Below are positions 27,436-36,988 of a stretch of 40,117 nt of DNA, in pieces. Source of the stretch: a virus (lineage: Duplodnaviria > Caudoviricetes); the IMG/VR virus record IMGVR_UViG_3300027744_001006, positions 1 through 40,117 of that record; one strand, written 5' to 3'. The translations under genes were made by a program, and so were the position numbers. The number at the start of each line of letters is the position of its first letter. The first letter of the stretch is position 1. The notes below the pieces were generated by a model. That model was not told where the DNA came from, ran no database searches, and was given only the letters and a program-made list of their open reading frames with translations.

Positions 27436-28527
27436 ATGTTTTCATTTGAACAATTACAGATTATACAGATTGAAATAACAAACAGATGCCAAGCTAGTTG
27501 TCCGATGTGCCTTAGAAATATACACGGCGGCATAGATAATCCCAATTTAATATCAACAGATTGGACCCTAGAACAATTTCAAAATATATTCACCGACGAA
27601 GTGCTGGCGCAGATAAGTTGTGTTAATTTTTGTGGTGACTTTGGTGATCCTATTATTAACTCTAACCTAATAGACATGTGTCAATATGTACGTGATAACA
27701 AATCCGACATAACGGTAATATTGCATACCAATGGTTCGGCTCATAATGCACAGTGGTGGACATTACTTGCAACATCGTTACCTAAAAATCATAAAGTAAT
27801 ATTTGCGCTGGATGGTTTACAAGATACGCACAGTCTCTATCGAATCGGAACCAATTATGATATGATCATTAGAAATGCCAAAGCATTTATTGACGCTGGA
27901 GGTATTGCCGAGTGGATGTTTATACGCTTTAAACATAATGAACACGAAGTTGAAATCGCAAGAACTATTTCTAAAGAATTAGGTTTTGCAACTTTTAATA
28001 CAAAAGATAGTAAACGTTTTGGCAAAAAGTATCCTGTGCTTAACAAACAAGGATCAATTGACTATTATCTAGAACCTCCTAGTCAAAGTAGAATTAAACC
28101 GGTAGAATTTTTAGATCTTAAAGATTATAAAGAATGGCAAAATGATGTTAGTTGTTTTGCTGTGGAGTCTAAAGAGCTGTATATAGATGCTAACGGATAT
28201 CTTATGCCGTGCTGTTTAATAGGCTCATTCCTATATGCTAATTACGATGTTGAGCTGTATCGAAAGTACGGCGTTATAGATGAAACTAGCATTACAATCA
28301 TTGCTAGAGAAGTACAACTAGAAGTGTTTTCTATTATTCAAGAACTTGGTGGACTAGAATCTTTGGATTCTAAGGTGCATTCTATTAACAATATCATGAG
28401 TACAGAAGTTTGGCAAACGCTGATTCATAAAAAATGGGATAACAAATCTTCATCTACGTGCAAAATACTTTGCGGTAACGGTTCTCCGTTTATCAAAATA
28501 GAAGAACAGCTTAATCGTACATCGTAA
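27436..28527 (+). CDS. radical SAM protein with SPASM/twitch domain (paralog of 14338)
   Basis: CQASCPMC, GDFGDP, HTNG, ALDG, PCC, CKILC. Confidence 0.9.
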   Translation: MFSFEQLQIIQIEITNRCQASCPMCLRNIHGGIDNPNLISTDWTLEQFQNIFTDEVLAQISCVNFCGDFGDPIINSNLIDMCQYVRDNKSDITVILHTNGSAHNAQWWTLLATSLPKNHKVIFALDGLQDTHSLYRIGTNYDMIIRNAKAFIDAGGIAEWMFIRFKHNEHEVEIARTISKELGFATFNTKDSKRFGKKYPVLNKQGSIDYYLEPPSQSRIKPVEFLDLKDYKEWQNDVSCFAVESKELYIDANGYLMPCCLIGSFLYANYDVELYRKYGVIDETSITIIAREVQLEVFSIIQELGGLESLDSKVHSINNIMSTEVWQTLIHKKWDNKSSSTCKILCGNGSPFIKIEEQLNRTS

Positions 28528-29035
28528 TTTGTAAAGTATACCTAGTATTATATCCAATGTTAGCAGGACCGTGTATCGTCATTGGATCATTCCATTCAAA
28601 TACATCTCCAGCTTTGTAATTTGCAGCAACTTTATCATCATAAACAAATATGTGTCCAGGTTCCCAATCTTGTAAAAACATTGTATAGCGTACAGGATCG
28701 TTAACTTCTGTTAATTGCGGGTCAATATGCATAGCTTGAAACTCTCCCGGATATAACATTACAAACCACCAATTTACACTGATTCTTTTTTCGGGCAAGT
28801 CTGGCAGAGTAAATTTAAAATCTTGCATCTCCTTAGATGAAGGATTCATTTGATGAAAGAAATGTTTATTACTTGAATATCCCGGTCTTGCCATTTCTTT
28901 AAATTTTTCTAATGTAGGATTACCACTCCATCTATCTGGTTGCCACACCGGAGTACAATCACCCTGACACGCAACAAGATGTTCTAGTATCTGTTGTTCA
29001 TCAATCCAATGTTTGTAATTGCCAATAAATTTCAT
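28511..29035 (-). CDS. Fe(II)/2OG oxygenase / cupin-like protein (paralog of 26944)
   Basis: PG....HID ... IHGPAN ... RYTLQIT. Confidence 0.72.
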   Translation of the reverse strand: MKFIGNYKHWIDEQQILEHLVACQGDCTPVWQPDRWSGNPTLEKFKEMARPGYSSNKHFFHQMNPSSKEMQDFKFTLPDLPEKRISVNWWFVMLYPGEFQAMHIDPQLTEVNDPVRYTMFLQDWEPGHIFVYDDKVAANYKAGDVFEWNDPMTIHGPANIGYNTRYTLQITMYD

Positions 29036-29832
29036 TAGTACATGTCTAAATGATCAATTCCAAGTTTCTTACGGAATGTGTCGGTGAACTTGCCATCAAT
29101 GCGTAGGCCATAACTTTGTTCCATGATACGTTCACCGCCATGCCAATCTACATCATTCCACCATGCTGCTCGTGTGTTAAGATACACTTTGTTTTTATTT
29201 TCTGGATCCCAAAGATACATAGCTTTCTTTGTGTTAGGACGGATATGTATAAACTCATTGCGATGCGGTATAACAACATTAACACCGTTGTTAGCATCTA
29301 AGTCTCTGTGTTCAAATGGAATACCATCTGCCTCACAGTGAAAGAATATAACACGACCGATATCTTCAAACACTGTATCTACTAGGCTTTCAACCCACTT
29401 AACTACGTTGGGAAAGTATTCTGCTTCGGGTGTTAGATTACGTTTAGCAGTTCTATCATCCCACGATCCTTCTTCCCACAAGTAATAATAAATGTAAGGA
29501 TCATAAGCACCCATTGCCATCTTTAGGAATCGTGTAAATTTATTGCGTTGTTGAAAGTTCTTAAAGTCTTTAGGCATTAGTGCCAGGCCTGCTTGTTTAA
29601 GGGGACTGTCTGGCAATGCTTTGAATTCTTCCATTGCTTGGTATATAGGTTTCCAGTGTAAGCGATAACTCATATCGTCAAAAGTAAACCCTGGCGACAT
29701 CCATGTGCCTTCTTTAGCATATTCTCTTGCTATAGCAAAACCGGTTAATATCTCAGGCTGTAGTTTATCAAACTGATCCATGTCTAAATAATGAGCCATA
29801 TCATAATAAGGTTTATTATTAATTCCGTGCAT
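29035..29832 (-). CDS. putative Fe(II)/2OG-type oxygenase of unrecognised family
   Basis: EHRD ... WHGG ... LRIDG; start at MHGIN after AAGGA. Confidence 0.6.
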   Translation of the reverse strand: MHGINNKPYYDMAHYLDMDQFDKLQPEILTGFAIAREYAKEGTWMSPGFTFDDMSYRLHWKPIYQAMEEFKALPDSPLKQAGLALMPKDFKNFQQRNKFTRFLKMAMGAYDPYIYYYLWEEGSWDDRTAKRNLTPEAEYFPNVVKWVESLVDTVFEDIGRVIFFHCEADGIPFEHRDLDANNGVNVVIPHRNEFIHIRPNTKKAMYLWDPENKNKVYLNTRAAWWNDVDWHGGERIMEQSYGLRIDGKFTDTFRKKLGIDHLDMY

Positions 29833-30880
29833 CGTATTTCCTTTGATATTTTTCTGGCACCGTATCATATAACGGCAAGTTTTTATTTACTGCGCCGTCT
29901 CGTAGAATAACTTGATGTACAAGTGGAGATATAGGTTTACCTGGTAGCATGTCTGCCCAAGACTCAGTTTGGTCTTCTTCTAAATCAATAGTTCTTACAT
30001 CAGGCCATTGTATTATCTTAACTAATATACCATTAATTCGTAGTGGATAATGCACTCTAATTCCAAAATCTGGGTCGTACTCGTGTGTCCATTTCTTTTT
30101 ATCACATATCGCTTTTACCATATCTACTAGTTCTGATAAAAATATTTTTTCTTCTCCAGGGTGCCTTCCGATGTCAGTTCCGACTCGTATTCTGTATTGT
30201 TGACAGATCCGGCTGCCAAACTCCTGTATTTCTTCTAGGCAATATTCTAACTGCGCGATAGTTTCAAGAGTGTAACTGACATTCTTGATCTTCATACCTA
30301 ATTTTAGACAATTTTCTATACCTTCCATTTGTTTCTTTCTAACTGTATGACCTTGATAATCTGGATGATTTAATCCTATAGTCCAGAGTACATTTGGCAT
30401 GTTTGCAAATTGTTTAGCATATTCATAGTCTGATAGGTAAACGCCATTTGTTAAAATCATAATACTACGAAGTTTACCAGGTTGTGATTGAATGGCTTCA
30501 CATAGTTCCGGTAAGTCTTTTCTTACTGTGGGTTCTGCTCCCATTAACGCAACAGCGTATCCGTCATCTTCCCAGGATCTTATTATTTCGAGGATGTGGT
30601 CTTTTGACGGATCTTTACTTGTGTTATCTGGAATCTGATAACAGTGAGGACAATTTAGATTACACTTATTGGTAATATCTAAACAATATGTGTGGTTCTC
30701 TGGTGTTGGATATTTGTAGTTAATATAAAACTTGGCATTGGGTTCTACTAGGTGTTCGCTTTCGTTGTGCCACTTACATTTTTTACTCAACCATATAGAA
30801 TTATCTCGTTCAAAAAGAACAGCAGGCACATGTCTATAACAATGTTCACATATTGATGTTGTATCGTGTATTTTATTCAT
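29819..30880 (-). CDS. radical SAM protein with N-terminal CxxC...CxxH metal domain (MJ0619/Tes-like architecture)
   Basis: SICEHC..KKCKWH; CNLNCPHC; GAEPT; LTNG. Confidence 0.85.
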   Translation of the reverse strand: MNKIHDTTSICEHCYRHVPAVLFERDNSIWLSKKCKWHNESEHLVEPNAKFYINYKYPTPENHTYCLDITNKCNLNCPHCYQIPDNTSKDPSKDHILEIIRSWEDDGYAVALMGAEPTVRKDLPELCEAIQSQPGKLRSIMILTNGVYLSDYEYAKQFANMPNVLWTIGLNHPDYQGHTVRKKQMEGIENCLKLGMKIKNVSYTLETIAQLEYCLEEIQEFGSRICQQYRIRVGTDIGRHPGEEKIFLSELVDMVKAICDKKKWTHEYDPDFGIRVHYPLRINGILVKIIQWPDVRTIDLEEDQTESWADMLPGKPISPLVHQVILRDGAVNKNLPLYDTVPEKYQRKYDARN

Positions 30881-31913
30881 GTCTATATTTTTCAGGTACT
30901 GTGTCGAACAACATCTGTCCTCGATTGACTGCTTGATCTCTCAATATAACTTGATGTAGCAATGGACTCATTGGCTTCCCAGGAACAATACTCGCCCAAG
31001 ACTCGCTTTGAACTTCTTCGAGATCAATGGTTCTCACATCACACCATTTAATAAATTTATGTTCAATTCCGTTTATGCGTACAGCATAATGTGTACGATT
31101 ACCACCAACATAATCAGGGTTCCATGACCAATTATTATCTTTACAAAACTGTTCAGCATCAGCTACTAATTCTGACAAATATAACTCTTTAAAGTCACCT
31201 TCCGGTACACGGCCGATCTCAACGCCTACCTGTATTCTAGCATTAATCTTAAACTTCTGTACTTCATGCATCACATCGGCTAACTGTTCTAAGTCGGCCA
31301 GCGTATAAGTCAAGGTCTTTACATCTAATCCCAGCTTGAAACAATTTGCTAAACCTTCCATCTGTTTGTCGCGAATCTGACCGCCATTGTATTCAGGATG
31401 ATTAAGTCCAAAGGTCCATTTAAGTCTAGGTATGCCTTCAAAACGTTTTACATAATCCCACTTGGCCAAGTACACACCGTTAGTAACTACTATAACATTT
31501 CTAGGCTTGCCGGGCAAGGCCTGGATAGCTAACACTAAGTCAGCAAGGTCTTTTCTTACTGTGGGTTCAGCACCAACTAGACTCACAGGATATCCATTAT
31601 CCGGCCACGATTCAACTTCAGCCAACAAGTAATCTATGCTTGGATCCTTGCTGTTATTATCGGGCATTTGATAACAATGCGGGCATTCTAGGTTACAACG
31701 GTTAGTAATGTCTAACCAGTATGATCCCGGTCTCCGTTTTTCGTATTGCTGATTGGCATAGAATACGGAATCGATTTCTAATAGTTCTTCATGATATCCG
31801 TGTTTCGGGCAAGTTTTGCCTAACCAAATCGCATTGTCTTTTTCAAACTTTACAGCAGGTATGTGTCTGTAACAATTTTCACATAGAGAAATAGTATCAC
31901 TTATTTTGTTCAT
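30873..31913 (-). CDS. radical SAM protein with N-terminal CxxC...CxxH metal domain (tandem paralog)
   Basis: SLCENC..KTCPKHG; CNLECPHC; GAEPT; VTNG. Confidence 0.87.
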   Translation of the reverse strand: MNKISDTISLCENCYRHIPAVKFEKDNAIWLGKTCPKHGYHEELLEIDSVFYANQQYEKRRPGSYWLDITNRCNLECPHCYQMPDNNSKDPSIDYLLAEVESWPDNGYPVSLVGAEPTVRKDLADLVLAIQALPGKPRNVIVVTNGVYLAKWDYVKRFEGIPRLKWTFGLNHPEYNGGQIRDKQMEGLANCFKLGLDVKTLTYTLADLEQLADVMHEVQKFKINARIQVGVEIGRVPEGDFKELYLSELVADAEQFCKDNNWSWNPDYVGGNRTHYAVRINGIEHKFIKWCDVRTIDLEEVQSESWASIVPGKPMSPLLHQVILRDQAVNRGQMLFDTVPEKYRHE

Positions 31914-31919
31914 GGCAAA

Positions 31920-31934
31920 TATTTATGATAATTA
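31920..31934. promoter_or_regulatory. divergent TAAATA / TAATTA boxes
   Basis: - strand TAAATA 31920-31925 (6 nt to ATG 31913); + strand TAATTA 31929-31934 (4 nt to ATG 31939). Confidence 0.6.
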
Positions 31935-31938
31935 CTGT

Positions 31939-32631
31939 ATGGACAAAAAATTTAATTACTACTACAATAACGTGCCAGGCCATGGTCCATGTCGAAACAA
32001 CTTGATATATACTAGTCTAATGTCCGAAGACAATTCGGTGTTTGTACAATGGTACCACAATGACACAGAATATCACAAAGATAAAAATCAAGTTGTAGAC
32101 CCTGCCAAAATGGCGGAAAAGTGGTTGCGTGAAGTTAATTACCTAACGCAGATGCGCAACACTTTCCCGGATCTTGTTCCAACGATTATTGAAATTGATT
32201 TAAAAGCTCGTAAGTTGTATTTAGAGGTTGACGGTTCTGACTTTTGGGAACAGTCGGGGTGTGACATGGCTAACTACGATTCTGTATTACCGGATTGGCA
32301 AGACCAGATGATTGAAATTATCAAGGCACACAAAAAGTTAGGATTACACAAATACAGCATGCATCCTAGCAGTTATTTTGTAGTTAACGGAACGCTTAAG
32401 AGCATCAACTATTTCTTTACATATAGTAACAAAGAAGCTATAATAAGTATTGCGGAAGTTGAAAGTCACATTTACAGTACAAGGCAAGATGAAATGCGCA
32501 AACATCTGTCTACATTAGGAATTGAATGGGACAAGCCACAACCGTGGGATTTGATGGATCAACTGTGTTGGGCCAGTTTTAGTACCAACTATCCCTCTGA
32601 CTTTATTGAGAAGGTTAAATGTTTAAAATAA
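31939..32631 (+). CDS. protein-kinase-like fold protein with degenerate catalytic motifs (paralog of 26261)
   Basis: WLREVNYL, VPTI, LYLEV, LPDW, LKSINYF; start at MDKKF. Confidence 0.55.
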   Translation: MDKKFNYYYNNVPGHGPCRNNLIYTSLMSEDNSVFVQWYHNDTEYHKDKNQVVDPAKMAEKWLREVNYLTQMRNTFPDLVPTIIEIDLKARKLYLEVDGSDFWEQSGCDMANYDSVLPDWQDQMIEIIKAHKKLGLHKYSMHPSSYFVVNGTLKSINYFFTYSNKEAIISIAEVESHIYSTRQDEMRKHLSTLGIEWDKPQPWDLMDQLCWASFSTNYPSDFIEKVKCLK

Positions 32632-33170
32632 CACAGTGGTCTAAAGATTTAGATCTCACTGAATTCTATGCCACAGCAGAAGCCAAAGGATTTACAAACA
32701 ACGCCAGTCAACAGATGTTGGTAGATAGCCTTGCCAAAGAACAACACTGGGCAGTTTGGATTTTATACTATCACGACAAAGCTGTAGGCAGTGTCGCTGC
32801 TCATAGTTTTCCAGAGATGGGAGAAGATGCATTTCGCATCGCAGCACGTACTTGTGTGTTTTCAGACCATATACCTATTCCTAGTATTCGTACACGCAAT
32901 CAAATTGTAACACATCAACATGTTACTAGTCAGTTTTTAATTCCTACTTGCATTGAGTGGTGCCCGCCTTGGGCTAATTTGTATATCACTAGTAATGAGA
33001 ACAGTGTTGGCACACAGCGATTAGTACACAACATATTTGGGCCTGCTATGGAAGCAACAGGTCAAATGAAACGCATTAAAGAAATAGAGTATAGAGGTAC
33101 TAAACAAACTGTATGGGAACTCTACGCTAAAAAATTTTTAGAAGAGGTAGAAAGGAATCCAAGATGGTAA
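32619..33170 (+). CDS. GNAT-like acyltransferase
   Basis: WILYYHDKAVGSVAAH, RIAARTCV, LYITSN pattern. Confidence 0.5.
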   Translation: MFKITQWSKDLDLTEFYATAEAKGFTNNASQQMLVDSLAKEQHWAVWILYYHDKAVGSVAAHSFPEMGEDAFRIAARTCVFSDHIPIPSIRTRNQIVTHQHVTSQFLIPTCIEWCPPWANLYITSNENSVGTQRLVHNIFGPAMEATGQMKRIKEIEYRGTKQTVWELYAKKFLEEVERNPRW

Positions 33171-34609
33171 TGAAATTTAAAACTGAAAAGAAACAATCGA
33201 TTGTTTTTTGTATGTTAGATATTATTGATAGATGCCAAAGTAGCACAGCAAGAGATGTGTGCGTAAATTTAAGTGATTTTTTAATAAATCGAATTGACAT
33301 GCACGGGCACGATATTTTTATCGGCAAATGTGAAGATTCTCTATTACAGGCAGCTACCGAAGAAGGTTATAAACATGCAGTCATTATTGCAGCCGGCACT
33401 AGTTTAGGTTTGTCAGATAGACTCTTTGGAGCCATTGGAGATTTATGCGAAGAAGAGTTTTTTATTGCAGGACATATTCTTGATCGGGGCGATCATTCGT
33501 ATTATAAGAAAAATGCCTGTTTTGAATTGCACCAACAGTTCTATGTGATTAATCTTGAACAGTATAAAGATTTAGACATGCCTGCAGTAGGTAAAGAAGA
33601 ATGGGTAGACTACCAACAGATTGCTCCTATCCGCAGTGAAGAATGTTTATACGATGATCCGGAAATTCCCGTGTGGATTAAAAAAGGCACCGAGACTAAA
33701 ACATACTCTGTTAAGTTGCATGGATGGAACATATTAAATGCTGGCTTAGAAAACGATAAGATACTGCTGACACTAAATGAAAAAATTCGCACTAGTAAAA
33801 AATATCTATACTATGAGTACGATCATGTTTTCTTAAAAGAATTAACCCAGATAAAATATTATCATTTTTTTGGTATGAATTTCTTTGCAGGATGGAACTC
33901 GGACAATCTAAGAAACGACTTACCATTTAACGGTCCAGTTGAACAATATGCTACAGTTGGCATTGGTTTTCACTGGATTAAAAATCTTCAACTCATCAGT
34001 TTCACAAAAGATACACGAGTTGTATTCACTGACATCAATTATAACTGTTTGATGTTCATGAAGAAGATGGTCGAAACATGGGATGGCAAAAACTATGCAG
34101 ATTTCTACTGGGAAAATAAACCCATGTTGCCCAATAATCCTCCCTATATTTCAAACAGTTATAAAGAGCAAATAGCAGAACAATGGGAAAAGTTTTTAAC
34201 TACAGTCGACAACTGGGATTCTTTATGGAAGGAAGTCAAAAAACTAACTTATGATTATATTCTTATCGATTATACAGCAGCCTTTAATTTTGATTGGTTA
34301 GAAGCGGGCAAAAACACATTGTTGAATTTAAGCGATCTTTACAATCATTCTCCTTTTATTTCTTCAACAAGTTTAAAATATCGTATTGCTTGTGAAAACA
34401 TGCTATTTCAAAAGCTACAAAAGAAAGATCCTAACGTAACGCTTATGCTGACATCAAGAGCCGCAGACGGTTTTTGGAAAGTCAAGATAGATCAGCAGTT
34501 AGATAAGGCCATCAATTTTGTTTATACAGACATCGAGGATTTAAAAACTCCCAAGTGGCACGAAGAGGACTGGAAACACGAAAGCGGAAGACCGTTAGGA
34601 GTAGAGTAA
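33164..34609 (+). CDS. hypothetical two-domain protein
   Basis: about 480 aa ORF coupled to both neighbours; no family confidently recognised. Confidence 0.75.
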   Translation: MVMKFKTEKKQSIVFCMLDIIDRCQSSTARDVCVNLSDFLINRIDMHGHDIFIGKCEDSLLQAATEEGYKHAVIIAAGTSLGLSDRLFGAIGDLCEEEFFIAGHILDRGDHSYYKKNACFELHQQFYVINLEQYKDLDMPAVGKEEWVDYQQIAPIRSEECLYDDPEIPVWIKKGTETKTYSVKLHGWNILNAGLENDKILLTLNEKIRTSKKYLYYEYDHVFLKELTQIKYYHFFGMNFFAGWNSDNLRNDLPFNGPVEQYATVGIGFHWIKNLQLISFTKDTRVVFTDINYNCLMFMKKMVETWDGKNYADFYWENKPMLPNNPPYISNSYKEQIAEQWEKFLTTVDNWDSLWKEVKKLTYDYILIDYTAAFNFDWLEAGKNTLLNLSDLYNHSPFISSTSLKYRIACENMLFQKLQKKDPNVTLMLTSRAADGFWKVKIDQQLDKAINFVYTDIEDLKTPKWHEEDWKHESGRPLGVE

Positions 34610-35256
34610 TGAAAGAATATTTTAAATCTGAGGGTCGTTACCTAAAATTAGCTATAGAAATTCCTTACGAAAAAATGTGTGAGGAAGCATTTTCTTTAAT
34701 AGATAAATTTACTCCGCACAGAGGAGATGAATATAGTCATGTAGGTTGGGAAAGTTTAACCTTACACGGACTTGGTTGGGACAAACATGAAAACTGGAAT
34801 GACTACGGTTACAAACAAGGAAAAGATGCCAGCAATGATATGTTCTGGACAGAAATATCAGGATTGTGTCCTATAACAACTAGATGGCTTAAAGAAGTGT
34901 TTCCATGCGGAAAATATGGCAGAGTTAGATTTATGTTGCTACGTGCAGGTGGAAAGATTGCCTTGCATAGTGATTCAAGCATAAAGCTGATTGAAAATAT
35001 AAATGTTGCTCTAAATAATCCACCTGGTTGTAAATGGGTATGGGGAGACGGTGAAGAAATAATTATGGAGGCGGGCGGTATATATGCTATGAATCTACAC
35101 TATCATCATGCGGTGATCAATGAAAGTGATGAGGATCGTATGCACATGATTATTGCTAGGCATGACGCCACCGATGAATGGAAAAAATTAGTAGAAGATG
35201 CTGCCAAAGAACAAGGCATCACCGGTGAATACGTTGTTATAGATGACTTGCCTTAA
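34609..35256 (+). CDS. Asp/Asn beta-hydroxylase-like Fe(II)/2OG oxygenase
   Basis: GRVRFMLL..GG.I..HSD, N....HAV.N.S..DRMH; TAATG-coupled start. Confidence 0.8.
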   Translation: MKEYFKSEGRYLKLAIEIPYEKMCEEAFSLIDKFTPHRGDEYSHVGWESLTLHGLGWDKHENWNDYGYKQGKDASNDMFWTEISGLCPITTRWLKEVFPCGKYGRVRFMLLRAGGKIALHSDSSIKLIENINVALNNPPGCKWVWGDGEEIIMEAGGIYAMNLHYHHAVINESDEDRMHMIIARHDATDEWKKLVEDAAKEQGITGEYVVIDDLP

Positions 35257-36137
35257 CTTGTATAATCCTGATCTGGATAGTCAAAACAGGCTCTGTGTAA
35301 GGTTCTTTCTGTTATATTTTTAAACGGCCATCTTTTATGTATACCTGTTTCTTGATCGGCAATTAGAATATCTCCATCTTTCCAATCATGGTGATAAACA
35401 TACTCTTCTCGAATTACAAATTCTTTTAAGAATTCAATAACTTCTTTACTACGCTCGTTGCTCATTTCTTTAATCTTGTGAATATGATACATTGGAAAGA
35501 AGATTCCTTTATTTCCAGCTTTGTTTGTTTTTATTAAAGGCGGAGCATATGGTGATAGTCCGTCTGAACCTAGTTTCAGCATTTCAGAAATATCGTTTTG
35601 CACTTCATCTGCTCCCAACCCTAATCCAACATAAATTTCAAGGTGGCAGTTTTCTAATTCCTGTTTTAACTCTTCATCGAGATCGTTGTATGACAAACTA
35701 CTATTAGTATAGCTAGTTCTTGATCCTGCAGTTCCCTCGACGCCTCGTAACCAAACTATTGATCTGCTACCTTCTACTCCTGGTTCATTACAATGCCATA
35801 CCATTTCGCAATCATAGGCAGCAATTCCTACTTGACCATTTTTATCTTTTTTCCCGCTCACACGTAAAAATAAATCATCAGATCCTTCTACTACAGCACC
35901 ACCTAAGTCTGATACATAGTTTTCGGCAATAGTAGGAATATAAGTTTGAGTATTTTTGAACATTTTTAAAACTGTTACTTCATCGGCTATTGTTAAATTT
36001 TGATTTCGAATAACTACCAGCGTGTTCTTTGCAATTAATTTTGATATCTGGTTTATATTTTCCTGAGTTGCTTTACTAATATCAAAGTCTTCAATGATCA
36101 CAGTCCAGCTGTTATTGTGTATTTTATAATCTATCAT
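35253..36137 (-). CDS. TauD/TfdA-family dioxygenase-like protein
   Basis: LVVIRNQ.L, WHCNE, G..T.Y, YHHDWKDGDILIADQ...IHKR, RTLHR. Confidence 0.82.
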   Translation of the reverse strand: MIDYKIHNNSWTVIIEDFDISKATQENINQISKLIAKNTLVVIRNQNLTIADEVTVLKMFKNTQTYIPTIAENYVSDLGGAVVEGSDDLFLRVSGKKDKNGQVGIAAYDCEMVWHCNEPGVEGSRSIVWLRGVEGTAGSRTSYTNSSLSYNDLDEELKQELENCHLEIYVGLGLGADEVQNDISEMLKLGSDGLSPYAPPLIKTNKAGNKGIFFPMYHIHKIKEMSNERSKEVIEFLKEFVIREEYVYHHDWKDGDILIADQETGIHKRWPFKNITERTLHRACFDYPDQDYTS

Positions 36138-36151
36138 CTTACCATATCCTT

Positions 36152-36988
36152 TTATTTTGTGTAATCTTGATCAGGAAAGTTAAACACAATTCTATGTAAT
36201 AGTCTACTGGCCATGTGCGGGAATGCCCAGCGTTTATGTATACCTAGCCATTGTTCACTTAGTGTAATATCTCCATCTTCCCAATCATGATGATACAGGT
36301 ATTTTTCTTGAGTCGTATGTTCTGTTAGGTATTCCATTGTTTCATCTATCTCAGTTACAGGAACCCCGACCAGCCCGTGTATTTGTAAGAAAGGAAAAAA
36401 CAAACCAGTTATACCTGCAATATTGGTATGAACAATGTTTGGTGTCCAATATTCTTCTCCGGGCACATTGTCATCATTGTTTCTCCAATGTTTCATCCTT
36501 GCTTTAATTGGTGCAACTTTTTCTTTCCACGTTTGATCTAAATCGTTGTAAGATAAAATATTGTTATTCCATGTGGTTCTTGATCCCGCAGTTCCCTTTT
36601 CACCACTTAACCAAACTATTGATCGGCGCTGTGATCTATTTGAATCATTGCAGTGCCATTTAAGTTCATCGTTGTCTCCAGCAAAGCCCGCGTTACCGTG
36701 CTCGTCTTTTGCTCCGGTGACTCGAATCAAAAATCCTTCGCTGTTAGGAACAATTGCATCTTTGTAGCCATCACGTTCTGGATCAGTAGGATCAAACACA
36801 AAAGGATCTTTAAACATTTTAGTAACTCTAACTTCGTCTGCAACTGTTAAGAATTGTTTTTTAACAATAACTAGAGTATTGGTAGCAATTAATCTGGCAA
36901 TTTGATTGACATCATCTTGCGTAACAGTTTTAAAATCTACATCATCTATTATTGTGGTCCAACCATTTTCGTGTAAGCGGTAGTTCAT
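36152..36988 (-). CDS. TauD/TfdA-family dioxygenase-like protein
   Basis: WHCND, YHHDWEDGD, IHKR, RLLHR. Confidence 0.82.
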   Translation of the reverse strand: MNYRLHENGWTTIIDDVDFKTVTQDDVNQIARLIATNTLVIVKKQFLTVADEVRVTKMFKDPFVFDPTDPERDGYKDAIVPNSEGFLIRVTGAKDEHGNAGFAGDNDELKWHCNDSNRSQRRSIVWLSGEKGTAGSRTTWNNNILSYNDLDQTWKEKVAPIKARMKHWRNNDDNVPGEEYWTPNIVHTNIAGITGLFFPFLQIHGLVGVPVTEIDETMEYLTEHTTQEKYLYHHDWEDGDITLSEQWLGIHKRWAFPHMASRLLHRIVFNFPDQDYTK

